From contig CAXTTL010000150.1 of the NCBI GenBank assembly GCA_964247135.1, positions 1 to 11,969 on the forward strand: 11,969 nt of DNA, in the 5' to 3' direction. A program made the translations under genes and the position numbers. The notes beneath the pieces are model-generated. The model was not told where the DNA came from. It saw nothing but the letters and a program-made list of their open reading frames with translations, and made no database searches. Positions 1 through 8,065 of the stretch are shown piece by piece; position 1 is the first letter of the stretch; every line of letters starts with the position of its first letter. The DNA comes from an uncultured Deinococcales bacterium. Its GTDB lineage: Bacteria > Deinococcota > Deinococci > Deinococcales > JAAFIG01.

Positions 1-1233
1 AGCGCCAGCGTCCAAAATGATCTCGCCAGGGTCTTGTCGGTCGGCGGGGTGCGGATTGAAGCGCCAGTGCCAGGCAAAAGCGTGATCGGGATTGAAGTGC
101 CAAACTCGGAACGCGAACCAATCACCTTCAGGGCTGGCATCGAATCCGAGAATTTCCAGAAACGCAAAACCAAACTGCCATTGCTGCTCGGCAAAAGCAT
201 TGACGGTGACATGCTGATCGAAGACCTGGCAAAAATGCCGCACCTGTTGATTGCTGGCAGCACGGGTTCGGGCAAATCGGTTTGCGTCAACACGCTTATC
301 ATGAGCCTGCTGTTTCGTTATCTGCCCACCGAATTGCGATTTGTGATGGTCGATCCGAAAATGGTCGAACTCACGCCTTACGACGGTATTCCCCACTTGG
401 TGCGCCCCGTGGTCACCAACCCGAACGACGCGGCTGGTGTGCTTTTGGGTTGCGTGGCGCACATGGAACGCCGTTATAAAATGATGAGTGAGATTCAAGC
501 CAAAAACCTCGAGCAGTACAACATCAAAGCCAAAGAGGCGGGCGAACCCGAACTGCCGCATTTGGTCATCATCATCGACGAGCTTGCAGATTTGATGATC
601 ACCAGTCCCAAAGAGGTCGAAAGTTCAATCATGCGACTGGCGCAAATGGCTCGAGCCACAGGAATGCACTTGATCCTTGCCACGCAACGCCCGAGTGCCG
701 ATGTGATTACCGGACTGATCAAAGTCAACATTCCTGCCCGTGTTGCCTTTGCCGTCTCGAGCGGCATCGATTCGCGCACGATTCTGGATTGCATGGGCGC
801 AGAACGCCTCACGGGGTACGGCGACATGCTCTTTAACCGTCCAGGACTTTCAAAACCAATGCGCTTGCAAGGACCTTATATTTCGGAAAACGAACTCGCG
901 CGAATTACCGAATTCTTGCGCCGCCAATTTTTTGACGACGATTTTGGCGAAAGCTACGGCAGCGACTTTGACGGCGTGACCGAAACCACCCCGACCTCCA
1001 AACTCGAGCCAATCGATTACAGCGACCCCTTCATCAAAAAAGCCGCCGAAGTGGTGATTGAAGAAGGTTATGCCGCCGTCTCGAGGTTGCAGCGCCGCCT
1101 GAGTGTCGGTCATGCGCGGGCGGGGAAATTGATCGATGCGCTCGAGGCGATGGGGATTGTGGGACCGTACAAGGGCAGCAAGACGCGAGATGTGCTGGTT
1201 GCCAGGGATCAACTTTCAGAATACTTTGGTTAA
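1..1233 (+). CDS. ftsK: DNA translocase FtsK/SpoIIIE, C-terminal motor and gamma domains (5'-truncated by window edge)
   Basis: Frame is open from base 1 ([22 protein letters not shown]). Contains Walker [16 protein letters not shown], Walker [31 protein letters not shown] and the winged-helix gamma domain [28 protein letters not shown]. Confidence 0.97.
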   Translation, partial: SASVQNDLARVLSVGGVRIEAPVPGKSVIGIEVPNSEREPITFRAGIESENFQKRKTKLPLLLGKSIDGDMLIEDLAKMPHLLIAGSTGSGKSVCVNTLIMSLLFRYLPTELRFVMVDPKMVELTPYDGIPHLVRPVVTNPNDAAGVLLGCVAHMERRYKMMSEIQAKNLEQYNIKAKEAGEPELPHLVIIIDELADLMITSPKEVESSIMRLAQMARATGMHLILATQRPSADVITGLIKVNIPARVAFAVSSGIDSRTILDCMGAERLTGYGDMLFNRPGLSKPMRLQGPYISENELARITEFLRRQFFDDDFGESYGSDFDGVTETTPTSKLEPIDYSDPFIKKAAEVVIEEGYAAVSRLQRRLSVGHARAGKLIDALEAMGIVGPYKGSKTRDVLVARDQLSEYFG

Positions 1234-1239
1234 ACCCAC

Positions 1240-1245
1240 TATACT
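1240..1245 (+). promoter_or_regulatory. -10 box TATACT, leaderless promoter of the Uma2 gene
   Basis: TATACT-ggtttc-ATG(1252): 6-nt spacer, no Shine-Dalgarno. Typical Deinococcus-Thermus leaderless architecture. Confidence 0.65.
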
Positions 1246-1251
1246 GGTTTC

Positions 1252-1818
1252 ATGACCCAGGCACTCGAGCGACCACAACAACCGCAGCCGTATAAATTTA
1301 CGGTGGCTGTGTATGAAGCCATGTCTGAAACGGGAATGCTGGCTGGTCGTACAGAATTGATTCACGGGGTGATTGTTGAAATGCCACCAATGGGAGATGC
1401 GCACGTAGACGCTGTCGTGACCTTAACCGCCAAACTGTTCACAGCCTACTTTCCTCGAGCCGCCATTGCCTGCCAAGTGCCAGTTCGCTTGCCACCCTAC
1501 GGTGAACCCGAACCCGATTTTATGTTGGTGACAGCCAACTCGAGGGGTGTGCGCGAAGCATCAGATGTCTTGCTGATTATTGAGATCAGCAACAGCACCT
1601 ACAAACTCGACACCGAAGAAAAGCTTCCAATGTACGCCGAACATGGCATTCGAGACGTTTGGATTTTGAACGTCAAACTCAACCAACTCGAGGTGTACCG
1701 CAACCCGAAAAACTCCGCGCCTGGAGGTTGGGGTTACGACCCAGCCATCATTTGCCAACCAGGAACGACAATGGCACCCATCGAGTTTCCCCAAGACCCG
1801 CTCGAATGGTGGACGTGA
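1252..1818 (+). CDS. Uma2/DUF820 family PD-(D/E)XK nuclease-fold protein
   Basis: 188 aa with RTELIHGVIVEMPPMGDAH, EPEPD, LLIIEISNST, KLPMYAEHGIRDVWILN and LEVYRNP, all typical of Uma2. Confidence 0.9.
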   Translation: MTQALERPQQPQPYKFTVAVYEAMSETGMLAGRTELIHGVIVEMPPMGDAHVDAVVTLTAKLFTAYFPRAAIACQVPVRLPPYGEPEPDFMLVTANSRGVREASDVLLIIEISNSTYKLDTEEKLPMYAEHGIRDVWILNVKLNQLEVYRNPKNSAPGGWGYDPAIICQPGTTMAPIEFPQDPLEWWT

Positions 1819-2513
1819 ACAACCAAAATTCCCAAAATGTATTCTCGAGTTATCCACTGACAATTGGCTTGCTCGGGTTGTTGGCTGTTTTGTACGTGCT
1901 CGAGGCGAGTTACGGCGGTTTTAACTTTGCCAACATCGGCAACGGCGCGAGCATCGAGGCGCTTGTTGCATATGGAGGGAACGCGCACGAACTTGCGGTG
2001 AGCAAATCCGAGTGGTGGCGTTTGCTGACGGCGACCTTGCTTCACGGCAGCCTCGCGCACATCATCATGAACAGCTTTTCACTCTGGAATTTGGCGCGTC
2101 CGCTCGAGAGATCATTTGGACGCGAAACGCTTCTAACCGTGTTTGTCGTGACTGGCATCGCCGCATCGCTCAGTTTTGCATTGTTCGGCTCGAGGAACAC
2201 AATCTCGATAGGCGCGAGCGGTGCGATTTGCGGAATGTTGGGATTTTTGATTTCCTATGGCTCACGAAATCTCGAGGAATTATCCAAACAAATTCAGCGC
2301 AATTGGATTAACTTTGCGCTGTTGTTCGTGATCGGTTTCGCTATTCCAAACGTGGACAACTGGGCGCACGGCGGCGGTGTGATTTCGGGAATTGTTCTGG
2401 GCTTGATCTATCCAAGATTCCCTCGAGCGATTCGTATCAACCTGGGACGATTGAGTGGCGTGTTGTTGCTCTCGAGCGCGGTCTGGATTCTCAAACTCGC
2501 CGTTCTGGGTTAA
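1815..2513 (+). CDS. Rhomboid family intramembrane serine protease
   Basis: WWRLLTATLLH, HIIMN, catalytic GASG and H in AHGGG, several hydrophobic helices. Start moved to GTG 1815, which forms a GTGA overlap with the Uma2 stop. Confidence 0.92.
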   Translation: MNNQNSQNVFSSYPLTIGLLGLLAVLYVLEASYGGFNFANIGNGASIEALVAYGGNAHELAVSKSEWWRLLTATLLHGSLAHIIMNSFSLWNLARPLERSFGRETLLTVFVVTGIAASLSFALFGSRNTISIGASGAICGMLGFLISYGSRNLEELSKQIQRNWINFALLFVIGFAIPNVDNWAHGGGVISGIVLGLIYPRFPRAIRINLGRLSGVLLLSSAVWILKLAVLG

Positions 2514-3319
2514 AGCTTCACGACTTTGTACTCGAGCTTCACGGGTTCGATGCCCCCCACGGCGCGAAGCGTATCCATTTCCTCGAGGGGCTGTTCCCCT
2601 TCGCCTTGAAAAACTGTGATCTCGAGCGTGTCGAGGTCAAACGTACACAAATGTCCAGTCCAATATGCGCCCAAATCGATAAAAACGTTTTGTCCGATTC
2701 GTGTTGGAAAGCCTATTGGCGTGTGACCGTGCAAACTGAACAAGACGCCTTCGGGGACTGGAAATGGACCTTCTTCGGGTCGCGCCCAAACCATCAGGTC
2801 CTCGAGGCTGCGATAGCCTTTGATCTGGCACGGCGGTGCGGCATGAACGCAGAATATATCGCCGCGAACGCCGCCCTCGTGCCGATACGTGAACTGACAG
2901 CGATTGGCAAAGGTGATCAATTCTGGCGGCAATCCCCAGGGTCCAAAGGCGTCTGAAGCGCCGCCCTTGTCAAAATCGTCGTCCCAACCGCCGTACTCGA
3001 GAATCACGGTATCGCCACCGTTTTTGATCCAATTCTCGAGCGCGAGTTTGGCATCGTTGCGACGCAGGTCGTTGTTCTCTTTTTGAAAACGGTCGTAACA
3101 TTCGTCCACCTCGAGCATGATGGCTTCGTGGTTGCCGCGCAGCAAGGTCATGCGCCCCTCGTCGGCGAGTTTGGTCAATAAACGCACGGCGTCCTTGTTG
3201 CGGTGTCCACGGTCTACCGCGTCGCCCAAAAAAACAAATTCGGTGTCGGCGGGCGTGTTCGCCAGAATCCCCTCGAGCAGGTCGGCGCGTCCGTGAATAT
3301 CGGCAATCGCAAGTTTCAC
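2510..3319 (-). CDS. Calcineurin-like metallophosphoesterase (PPP/ApaH/PrpA-like)
   Basis: Motifs DIHG, GDAVDRG, RGNHE, VHA, HGHTP and IDLG. Stop shares TTAA with the rhomboid stop. Confidence 0.92.
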   Translation of the reverse strand: MKLAIADIHGRADLLEGILANTPADTEFVFLGDAVDRGHRNKDAVRLLTKLADEGRMTLLRGNHEAIMLEVDECYDRFQKENNDLRRNDAKLALENWIKNGGDTVILEYGGWDDDFDKGGASDAFGPWGLPPELITFANRCQFTYRHEGGVRGDIFCVHAAPPCQIKGYRSLEDLMVWARPEEGPFPVPEGVLFSLHGHTPIGFPTRIGQNVFIDLGAYWTGHLCTFDLDTLEITVFQGEGEQPLEEMDTLRAVGGIEPVKLEYKVVKL

Positions 3320-3366
3320 AAGTTCACCATGATTTGTCTACGGCTCGAGATGCGGTTTGGTTTCAT
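3316..3366 (-). CDS. Candidate 16-aa leaderless uORF (MKPNRISSRRQIMVNL)
   Basis: TAAACT -10 box (3373-3378, minus strand) lies 6 nt before ATG 3366. Its TGA overlaps the phosphoesterase GTG start (GTGA). Confidence 0.35.
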   Translation of the reverse strand: MKPNRISSRRQIMVNL

Positions 3367-3395
3367 GGATTCAGTTTAACGCAAAGTCCGTATTT

Positions 3396-3420
3396 GTAGG
3401 GACGCATGGATATGCGTTCT
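3396..3420 (+). repeat. Degenerate GTAG-type REP-like hairpin
   Basis: GTAGGGACGCAT-ggat-ATGCGTTCT. Same GTAGGG-stem architecture as the element at 8016-8042. Confidence 0.5.
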
Positions 3421-3447
3421 GGGATTCTCGAGTTTCCCAAAACGGCG

Positions 3448-3453
3448 TAAACT
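3448..3453 (+). promoter_or_regulatory. -10 box TAAACT, probable leaderless promoter of the PfpI gene
   Basis: TAAACT-gaggtc-ATG(3460), 6-nt spacer. Confidence 0.6.
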
Positions 3454-3459
3454 GAGGTC

Positions 3460-4041
3460 ATGATCGAAACCAAGTTCATCCCTTTTACCAAATCTGAATC
3501 TCGAGTTCTGAAGTTACAAGGTTTAAAGATCGTTTTTGTGGTCGCCGATGAAGTCGAAGACCTCGAGTATCACGTTCCCAGAATGCGGCTTCTCGAGGAG
3601 GGTGCAGTGGTGGTGACGGCGGCGTTAAAGGCTGGAGCTTATGTTGGCAAGGGCGGTTTGGGTTTGACGGCGAGCTTGGCGACCTCGGAATTGCAAGTCA
3701 GCGATTTTGACGCGGCGGTGATTCCTGGCGGGTGGGCGCCCGACAAAATGCGGCGCGACCAGCACCTTTTGGCGTTTTTGCGCGACATGAAAGCCAGCCG
3801 CAAAACTCAGGCTTACATTTGCCACGCGGGCTGGGTTGCTGCCAGCGCGGGCATTCTCGAGGCTGGAAGACCCGTGACGGGCAGTCTGGGCATCAAAGAC
3901 GACATGCTGGCTCGAGGGGCGGTCTGGCAGGACGTGGCGGCTTTTCGTGATGACGATTTGGTCTGGGGTCGGGTGGTGGCGGACATTCCAGACTTTTGCC
4001 GCGAATTGGTGGCGGCGCTCGAGGGTACGCGCTCAGGCTAA
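3460..4041 (+). CDS. DJ-1/PfpI family (type 1 glutamine amidotransferase-like) protein
   Basis: VEDLE (conserved Glu), DFDAAVIPGGWAPDKMRRD, nucleophile elbow ICHAGW, DDLVWGR. Confidence 0.92.
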   Translation: MIETKFIPFTKSESRVLKLQGLKIVFVVADEVEDLEYHVPRMRLLEEGAVVVTAALKAGAYVGKGGLGLTASLATSELQVSDFDAAVIPGGWAPDKMRRDQHLLAFLRDMKASRKTQAYICHAGWVAASAGILEAGRPVTGSLGIKDDMLARGAVWQDVAAFRDDDLVWGRVVADIPDFCRELVAALEGTRSG

Positions 4042-4956
4042 CTCGAGCTTTTGAGAATCCGCAATTTGCTGCGCCGCGACACACGCCGCGCCGATCACAC
4101 CAGCATCCGCACCAAGTTCAGCTTGACGAATGCAAACGGGGGCAAACTCGAGGGCGTTTTTGTTGGCGGCGGCTTGAATGCGATCCAGAAAAAAACTGCC
4201 CGTTTCTGAAACGCCGCCGCCCAGAATAAAAACTTCTGGGTCCACGATCAATTGCAAATCGCAGATCACCTGCCCAATCAAACCGGCGGCTTGGTCAATG
4301 ATGTTTAGGGCGCTCGAGTTGCCATCCGTAGCCAGGGCGAAAACCTCTCTGGTGCTCATGGAACGTCCAAAGACCTGGCTTGCCTTGTTTGCAATGCCAG
4401 TGCCGCTTGCAACCCCCTCCAAAGCCCCCAGAATGCCCGTGGCAGCCAACGCGCCGCCCTGATGGACGCGCACATGCCCAACCTCGCCGGCGATACCGTG
4501 AAAACCGCGCCAGATTCGGTTGTCTTGAATGATTGCCCCGCCGATGCCGGTCGAAATCGTCAGAAAAACGCTCGAGTCGGCAAAACGTGCCGCGCCGTAC
4601 AGATGCTCGGCGAGCGCGGCGGCTTTGGCGTCGTTCTCGAGCGCCACCGGTTTGGCAAAACCCAGTGAAAGTGCTTCCCGCAAAGCTACATTTTCAAATC
4701 CTGGAATGTTGACGGCAATCCGCACGCTGCCCTTTACAGCATCCACACTTCCTGGTGAACCCACGCCAATCGCTTTGACATTTGGCGCGAATCTCAGTAG
4801 CTCATGTCCCAACTCGAGCATTGCTGACATGACAGACGATGCGCCAGTTTGCGGTGTTGGCACAATTCGCTTCTCGAGAATTTGACCGTTCAAAACGACT
4901 GCGCCAGCAATTTTTGTGCCGCCGAGGTCAAGTCCAATCAAGGGTTCGTCTGTCAT
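4033..4956 (-). CDS. ROK family sugar kinase (glucokinase/amino-sugar kinase-like)
   Basis: N-terminal ATP motif IGLDLGGTKI, ENDAKAAALAE, STGIGG, GEVGH, DPEVFILGGG, LGADAGVIGA. No HTH domain. Confidence 0.92.
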   Translation of the reverse strand: MTDEPLIGLDLGGTKIAGAVVLNGQILEKRIVPTPQTGASSVMSAMLELGHELLRFAPNVKAIGVGSPGSVDAVKGSVRIAVNIPGFENVALREALSLGFAKPVALENDAKAAALAEHLYGAARFADSSVFLTISTGIGGAIIQDNRIWRGFHGIAGEVGHVRVHQGGALAATGILGALEGVASGTGIANKASQVFGRSMSTREVFALATDGNSSALNIIDQAAGLIGQVICDLQLIVDPEVFILGGGVSETGSFFLDRIQAAANKNALEFAPVCIRQAELGADAGVIGAACVAAQQIADSQKLELA

Positions 4957-4969
4957 GTTTCACCATTGC

Positions 4970-6016
4970 TCACAAGGTTTTTGTGACTTTTTTCAAGGAC
5001 CGAGGAGAATCTGGATTCAAACCCTTGACCAAACTGAGGTGTCCAGCAAACAAATACGCCGCAACAATCGCCACAATTGGGTCGGTCAAACGATGCCCAG
5101 TCGCGGGTGTGTTCAACCGTGTGGAAGCCGGAATTTCGGGCGTGTCATCACCGATCAAGACCAATTCTGCACCCCTGGACGCCAAATCCTGATAGCGTTC
5201 CAGCGTGCCTTGGGCGGTCGCGTCTCGGGCTTGAAAGGCAATCACCGGAAAACCTGGTTCGACCAAAATGATTGGACCGTGCGCGAATTCGGCGCTGCTG
5301 AACGCCTCGGTTTGCAGCACGCAGGTCTCTTTGAGTTTGAGCGCTGTCTCTTGCGCAATCGGATAGTGGATGCCTCGAGCCAGACTGACCATCGCCTCGG
5401 CGTAACGGTAACGCTCGCTGCGGTCTTGGGCGCTCTGTTCAAGCTCGAGCGTGGTTTTAAGGTTTGCAGGAAGGTTTTGTAGCGCGGCTTGCAGCGCGTT
5501 GTCTTGACTGAGATTCGCAATGACCTGAAGCGGTGCGACCAGACTCGCCACAAAACTTTTGGTCGCCGCGACCGCCAATTCCTCACCCGCCAGCATCGGC
5601 AGCACAAATTCGGCAACATCCTCGAGTGGCGAATTGTCTTGATTGACCAGTGCCACCGTGAGCGCCCCAGCCTCTCGGGCGGCACGCAAGGAATTCACGA
5701 CATCGGGTGATTGCCCAGATTGGGAAATGGCAATCACCACCGATTTTTTCAAACGCAATTTGGTTTGATACGCCGTAATCACGCTCGGCGAACTCGAGGC
5801 GGTCACCAAACCCAACTGCGTCTCGAGCGCGTACTTTAAGAAATTTGCCGCGTGGTCGCTGGTTCCCCTGGCGATGGTCACGGCAAAATCTGGGTTGTGC
5901 TCTCGGATGGCTCGAGCCAAGTTTTGATACCTGGCTTGATCGGTGTTCAGCAACCTAGAAACGACACTGGGTGTTTCCCTGATCTCGAGCAGCATGTGCG
6001 GCGTGGTGTTGTTCAT
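4970..6016 (-). CDS. Double-SIS-domain sugar-phosphate deaminase/isomerase, glucosamine-6-phosphate deaminase NagB-II-like
   Basis: ARGTSDHAA, ISQSGQSPD, AVAATKSF, ETALKLKE, EFAHGP and GlmS-like C-tail PDSPRSLKKVTKT, with no glutaminase domain. Start at ATG 6016 is preferred because of GAGGT-N5-ATG; the alternative is ATG 6043. Confidence 0.85.
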   Translation of the reverse strand: MNNTTPHMLLEIRETPSVVSRLLNTDQARYQNLARAIREHNPDFAVTIARGTSDHAANFLKYALETQLGLVTASSSPSVITAYQTKLRLKKSVVIAISQSGQSPDVVNSLRAAREAGALTVALVNQDNSPLEDVAEFVLPMLAGEELAVAATKSFVASLVAPLQVIANLSQDNALQAALQNLPANLKTTLELEQSAQDRSERYRYAEAMVSLARGIHYPIAQETALKLKETCVLQTEAFSSAEFAHGPIILVEPGFPVIAFQARDATAQGTLERYQDLASRGAELVLIGDDTPEIPASTRLNTPATGHRLTDPIVAIVAAYLFAGHLSLVKGLNPDSPRSLKKVTKTL

Positions 6017-6100
6017 GGTTGACCTCGAGTTGAGTTTATTCATTTCTTGTCAAATATTGATCTACCGATACGGGAATTGAAGCGCTCAACAATCATTGCC

Positions 6101-6955
6101 TCACTTCACCGCACCCTCGAGTCCTCGCATGAAAAACCGTTGGGCGAAGGCGAAAATAACCATGACCGGAATCATCATGATCATGGCACCGGCGGCGATA
6201 TTGAACGGGTCGTGGTTGAGTTGGCTTTTGAGTTGCAGCATCGCCACGCTCAAGGGTTGCAATTCTGGATTAAAAATCAGCGCAATCGATGGCCAGAAAT
6301 ACGAATTCCAGGTGTTCACCAGCGTAAAAATACCCAGTGCGGTCAAGCTTGGAATGGAGAGTGGGATCATTACCCGAAATAAAATTTGCAACTCGGTTGC
6401 GCCGTCCATCCGTGCCGCCTCGAGCAGCGCATCGGGAACGCTCATGTAGGCTTGACGCATCAAGAAAATGCCGAAGGCGGTGGCAATAATTGGGATCACC
6501 ACGCCCCAGTACGTGCCGAGCAAGCCGATGCGGTTTAAAGTAATCACGTTCACGATAAAACTGGTTTCACTGGGCAAAACGAGCGTCGAAAGGATGGCGG
6601 TAAAAATAATGTTTCGTCCTGGAAACTCGAGTTTGGAGAGCGGGTAGGCTGCCAGCGCCGATACGAGCAGCGTGCCGATCACGCTCAGACCAGAAATCAC
6701 AATCGAATTCCAGAGGTATTTGTTTAAACTAAAATCCCTGAACACCGCGAAAAAATTGTTCAGCGTGATGACTTTGGGAAACAAACTGCCTGGAAAATCG
6801 TAAATGCTGACGCCGCTGGTCACGGTTTTGTCGGTCAGTGAAATGGCGAGCGTCCACAAGAATGGAAACAAGGCAAATAGCGCAATCAGAATCAAACCCA
6901 AATACGTCAAAAAACTCGAGATTCCGCGTGCCGTGGTTACTCGAGGGCGTGTCAT
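6101..6955 (-). CDS. Carbohydrate ABC transporter permease (MalG-like)
   Basis: EAA loop LLEAARMDGA, AAYPLSKLEFPGR, WNSYFWP, multiple transmembrane helices. Confidence 0.95.
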   Translation of the reverse strand: MTRPRVTTARGISSFLTYLGLILIALFALFPFLWTLAISLTDKTVTSGVSIYDFPGSLFPKVITLNNFFAVFRDFSLNKYLWNSIVISGLSVIGTLLVSALAAYPLSKLEFPGRNIIFTAILSTLVLPSETSFIVNVITLNRIGLLGTYWGVVIPIIATAFGIFLMRQAYMSVPDALLEAARMDGATELQILFRVMIPLSIPSLTALGIFTLVNTWNSYFWPSIALIFNPELQPLSVAMLQLKSQLNHDPFNIAAGAMIMMIPVMVIFAFAQRFFMRGLEGAVK

Positions 6956-7890
6956 GCTTTCCTCTGTCTGTCGGGTGCTTCTTGGGTCAGTTTAAAATTC
7001 AGGTAACTGAGGAAAAACCCGACGATGGCAATCAGCAACCCCGCCGCGCTCGCCGTACCAAACGCAAATTTGCTGCCAAAAGCTTTGCTGTAAACGTACA
7101 TCAATGCCGTGTAGGTGCTGTTCAGTGGTCCGCCGTTGGTGAAGACAATGATTTCCTCGAGCACCCGAATGGCGGCGAGCGTGGACAGCAAACTGCACAG
7201 CAAAATCGTCGGACGCATCAAGGGCACGGTCACGCGCCAAAAGGTTTGGCTTGGGCTGGCGCCGTCGAGCCGTGCCGCCTCCTCGAGTTCGAGCGGAATG
7301 GCTTGCAAGCCACCCAGGTACAAAACCATGTAATAACCAAAACCGCGCCAAAACGTGACGAGCATGATCGCCCAAATGGCGGTGTCGGGGTTGTTCAGCC
7401 AGCCGAAAGCGTTAAACTCGAGCTTGCCACCGAAAAGACTGGCAATGGCGTTCACAACGCCAACGATAAACTTTAAGCCCCAGTTTAAAACCCCGTCCTT
7501 GGAATACACCCAATCCCACATCACCGACGCCAGTGAGATGCTGGTGATGACAGGCACGTAATAGGCGGCGCGAAAAAAAGTGATGGCGGGAAGTTTGCGG
7601 TTGACCAGCGTCGCCACGCCCAAACTGGCGAGTTGCAGCACCGGAACGACCAGCAAATACTTCAAGGAATTCCAGATTCCAGTGCGAAACAGTTCATCGG
7701 CAAAAACGGTTTTGAAATTCTCGAGTCCGACAAAATTCGCTGAAATTTCACCGCTCAAGTTTTTTTGACTGTAATCGGTAAAACCGAGCCAAGAGCCGTA
7801 AATTACAGGATAAAACGTGAACAACGCCATCAAGATCAAGGCTGGGGCGAGAAACGCGTAAGCCAAGAAAAGTGTATTGGATTTTCGCAT
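6952..7890 (-). CDS. Carbohydrate ABC transporter permease (MalF/UgpA-like)
   Basis: FVGLENF, EAA loop LEEAARLDGA, SD GGAGG upstream, ATGA overlap with the next permease. Confidence 0.95.
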   Translation of the reverse strand: MRKSNTLFLAYAFLAPALILMALFTFYPVIYGSWLGFTDYSQKNLSGEISANFVGLENFKTVFADELFRTGIWNSLKYLLVVPVLQLASLGVATLVNRKLPAITFFRAAYYVPVITSISLASVMWDWVYSKDGVLNWGLKFIVGVVNAIASLFGGKLEFNAFGWLNNPDTAIWAIMLVTFWRGFGYYMVLYLGGLQAIPLELEEAARLDGASPSQTFWRVTVPLMRPTILLCSLLSTLAAIRVLEEIIVFTNGGPLNSTYTALMYVYSKAFGSKFAFGTASAAGLLIAIVGFFLSYLNFKLTQEAPDRQRKA

Positions 7891-8015
7891 TCATTGACCT
7901 CCAGTCTTTGGGGTGGCTCAAGCGGTGCAAATAAATTCTCGAGATTTTATTGAATTTGCTTTGTTGTGCTTTAAAAATGTTGGGTTCTTTCAATTTGGGG
8001 CACGGTATCAGGTCA

Positions 8016-8042
8016 TAGGGGCGAGGCACGCCTCGCCCCTAC
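8016..8042 (-). repeat. GTAG-type REP-like palindrome between the binding-protein and permease genes
   Basis: Minus strand reads GTAGGGGCGAGGC-GT-GCCTCGCCCCTA, a perfect 12-bp inverted repeat starting with GTAG. Confidence 0.75.
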
Positions 8043-8065
8043 AGGGTCAATCTGCTCGAGCTTGC

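Noticed and set aside
1659-1814. N-terminal extension of the rhomboid ORF in the track
   Set aside because: Overlaps Uma2 in another frame and is not rhomboid-like. GTG 1815 with a GTGA overlap is the better start.
3460-6016. PfpI/DJ-1 as part of a deglycation pathway with the SIS protein
   Set aside because: PfpI is on the opposite strand with its own promoter, and the SIS motifs look more NagB-II-like. Adjacency alone is insufficient.
4916-7476. Long antisense or alternate-frame ORFs such as 4916-5482 and 6838-7476
   Set aside because: They lie opposite well-supported genes, have no recognisable motifs, and are expected by chance.
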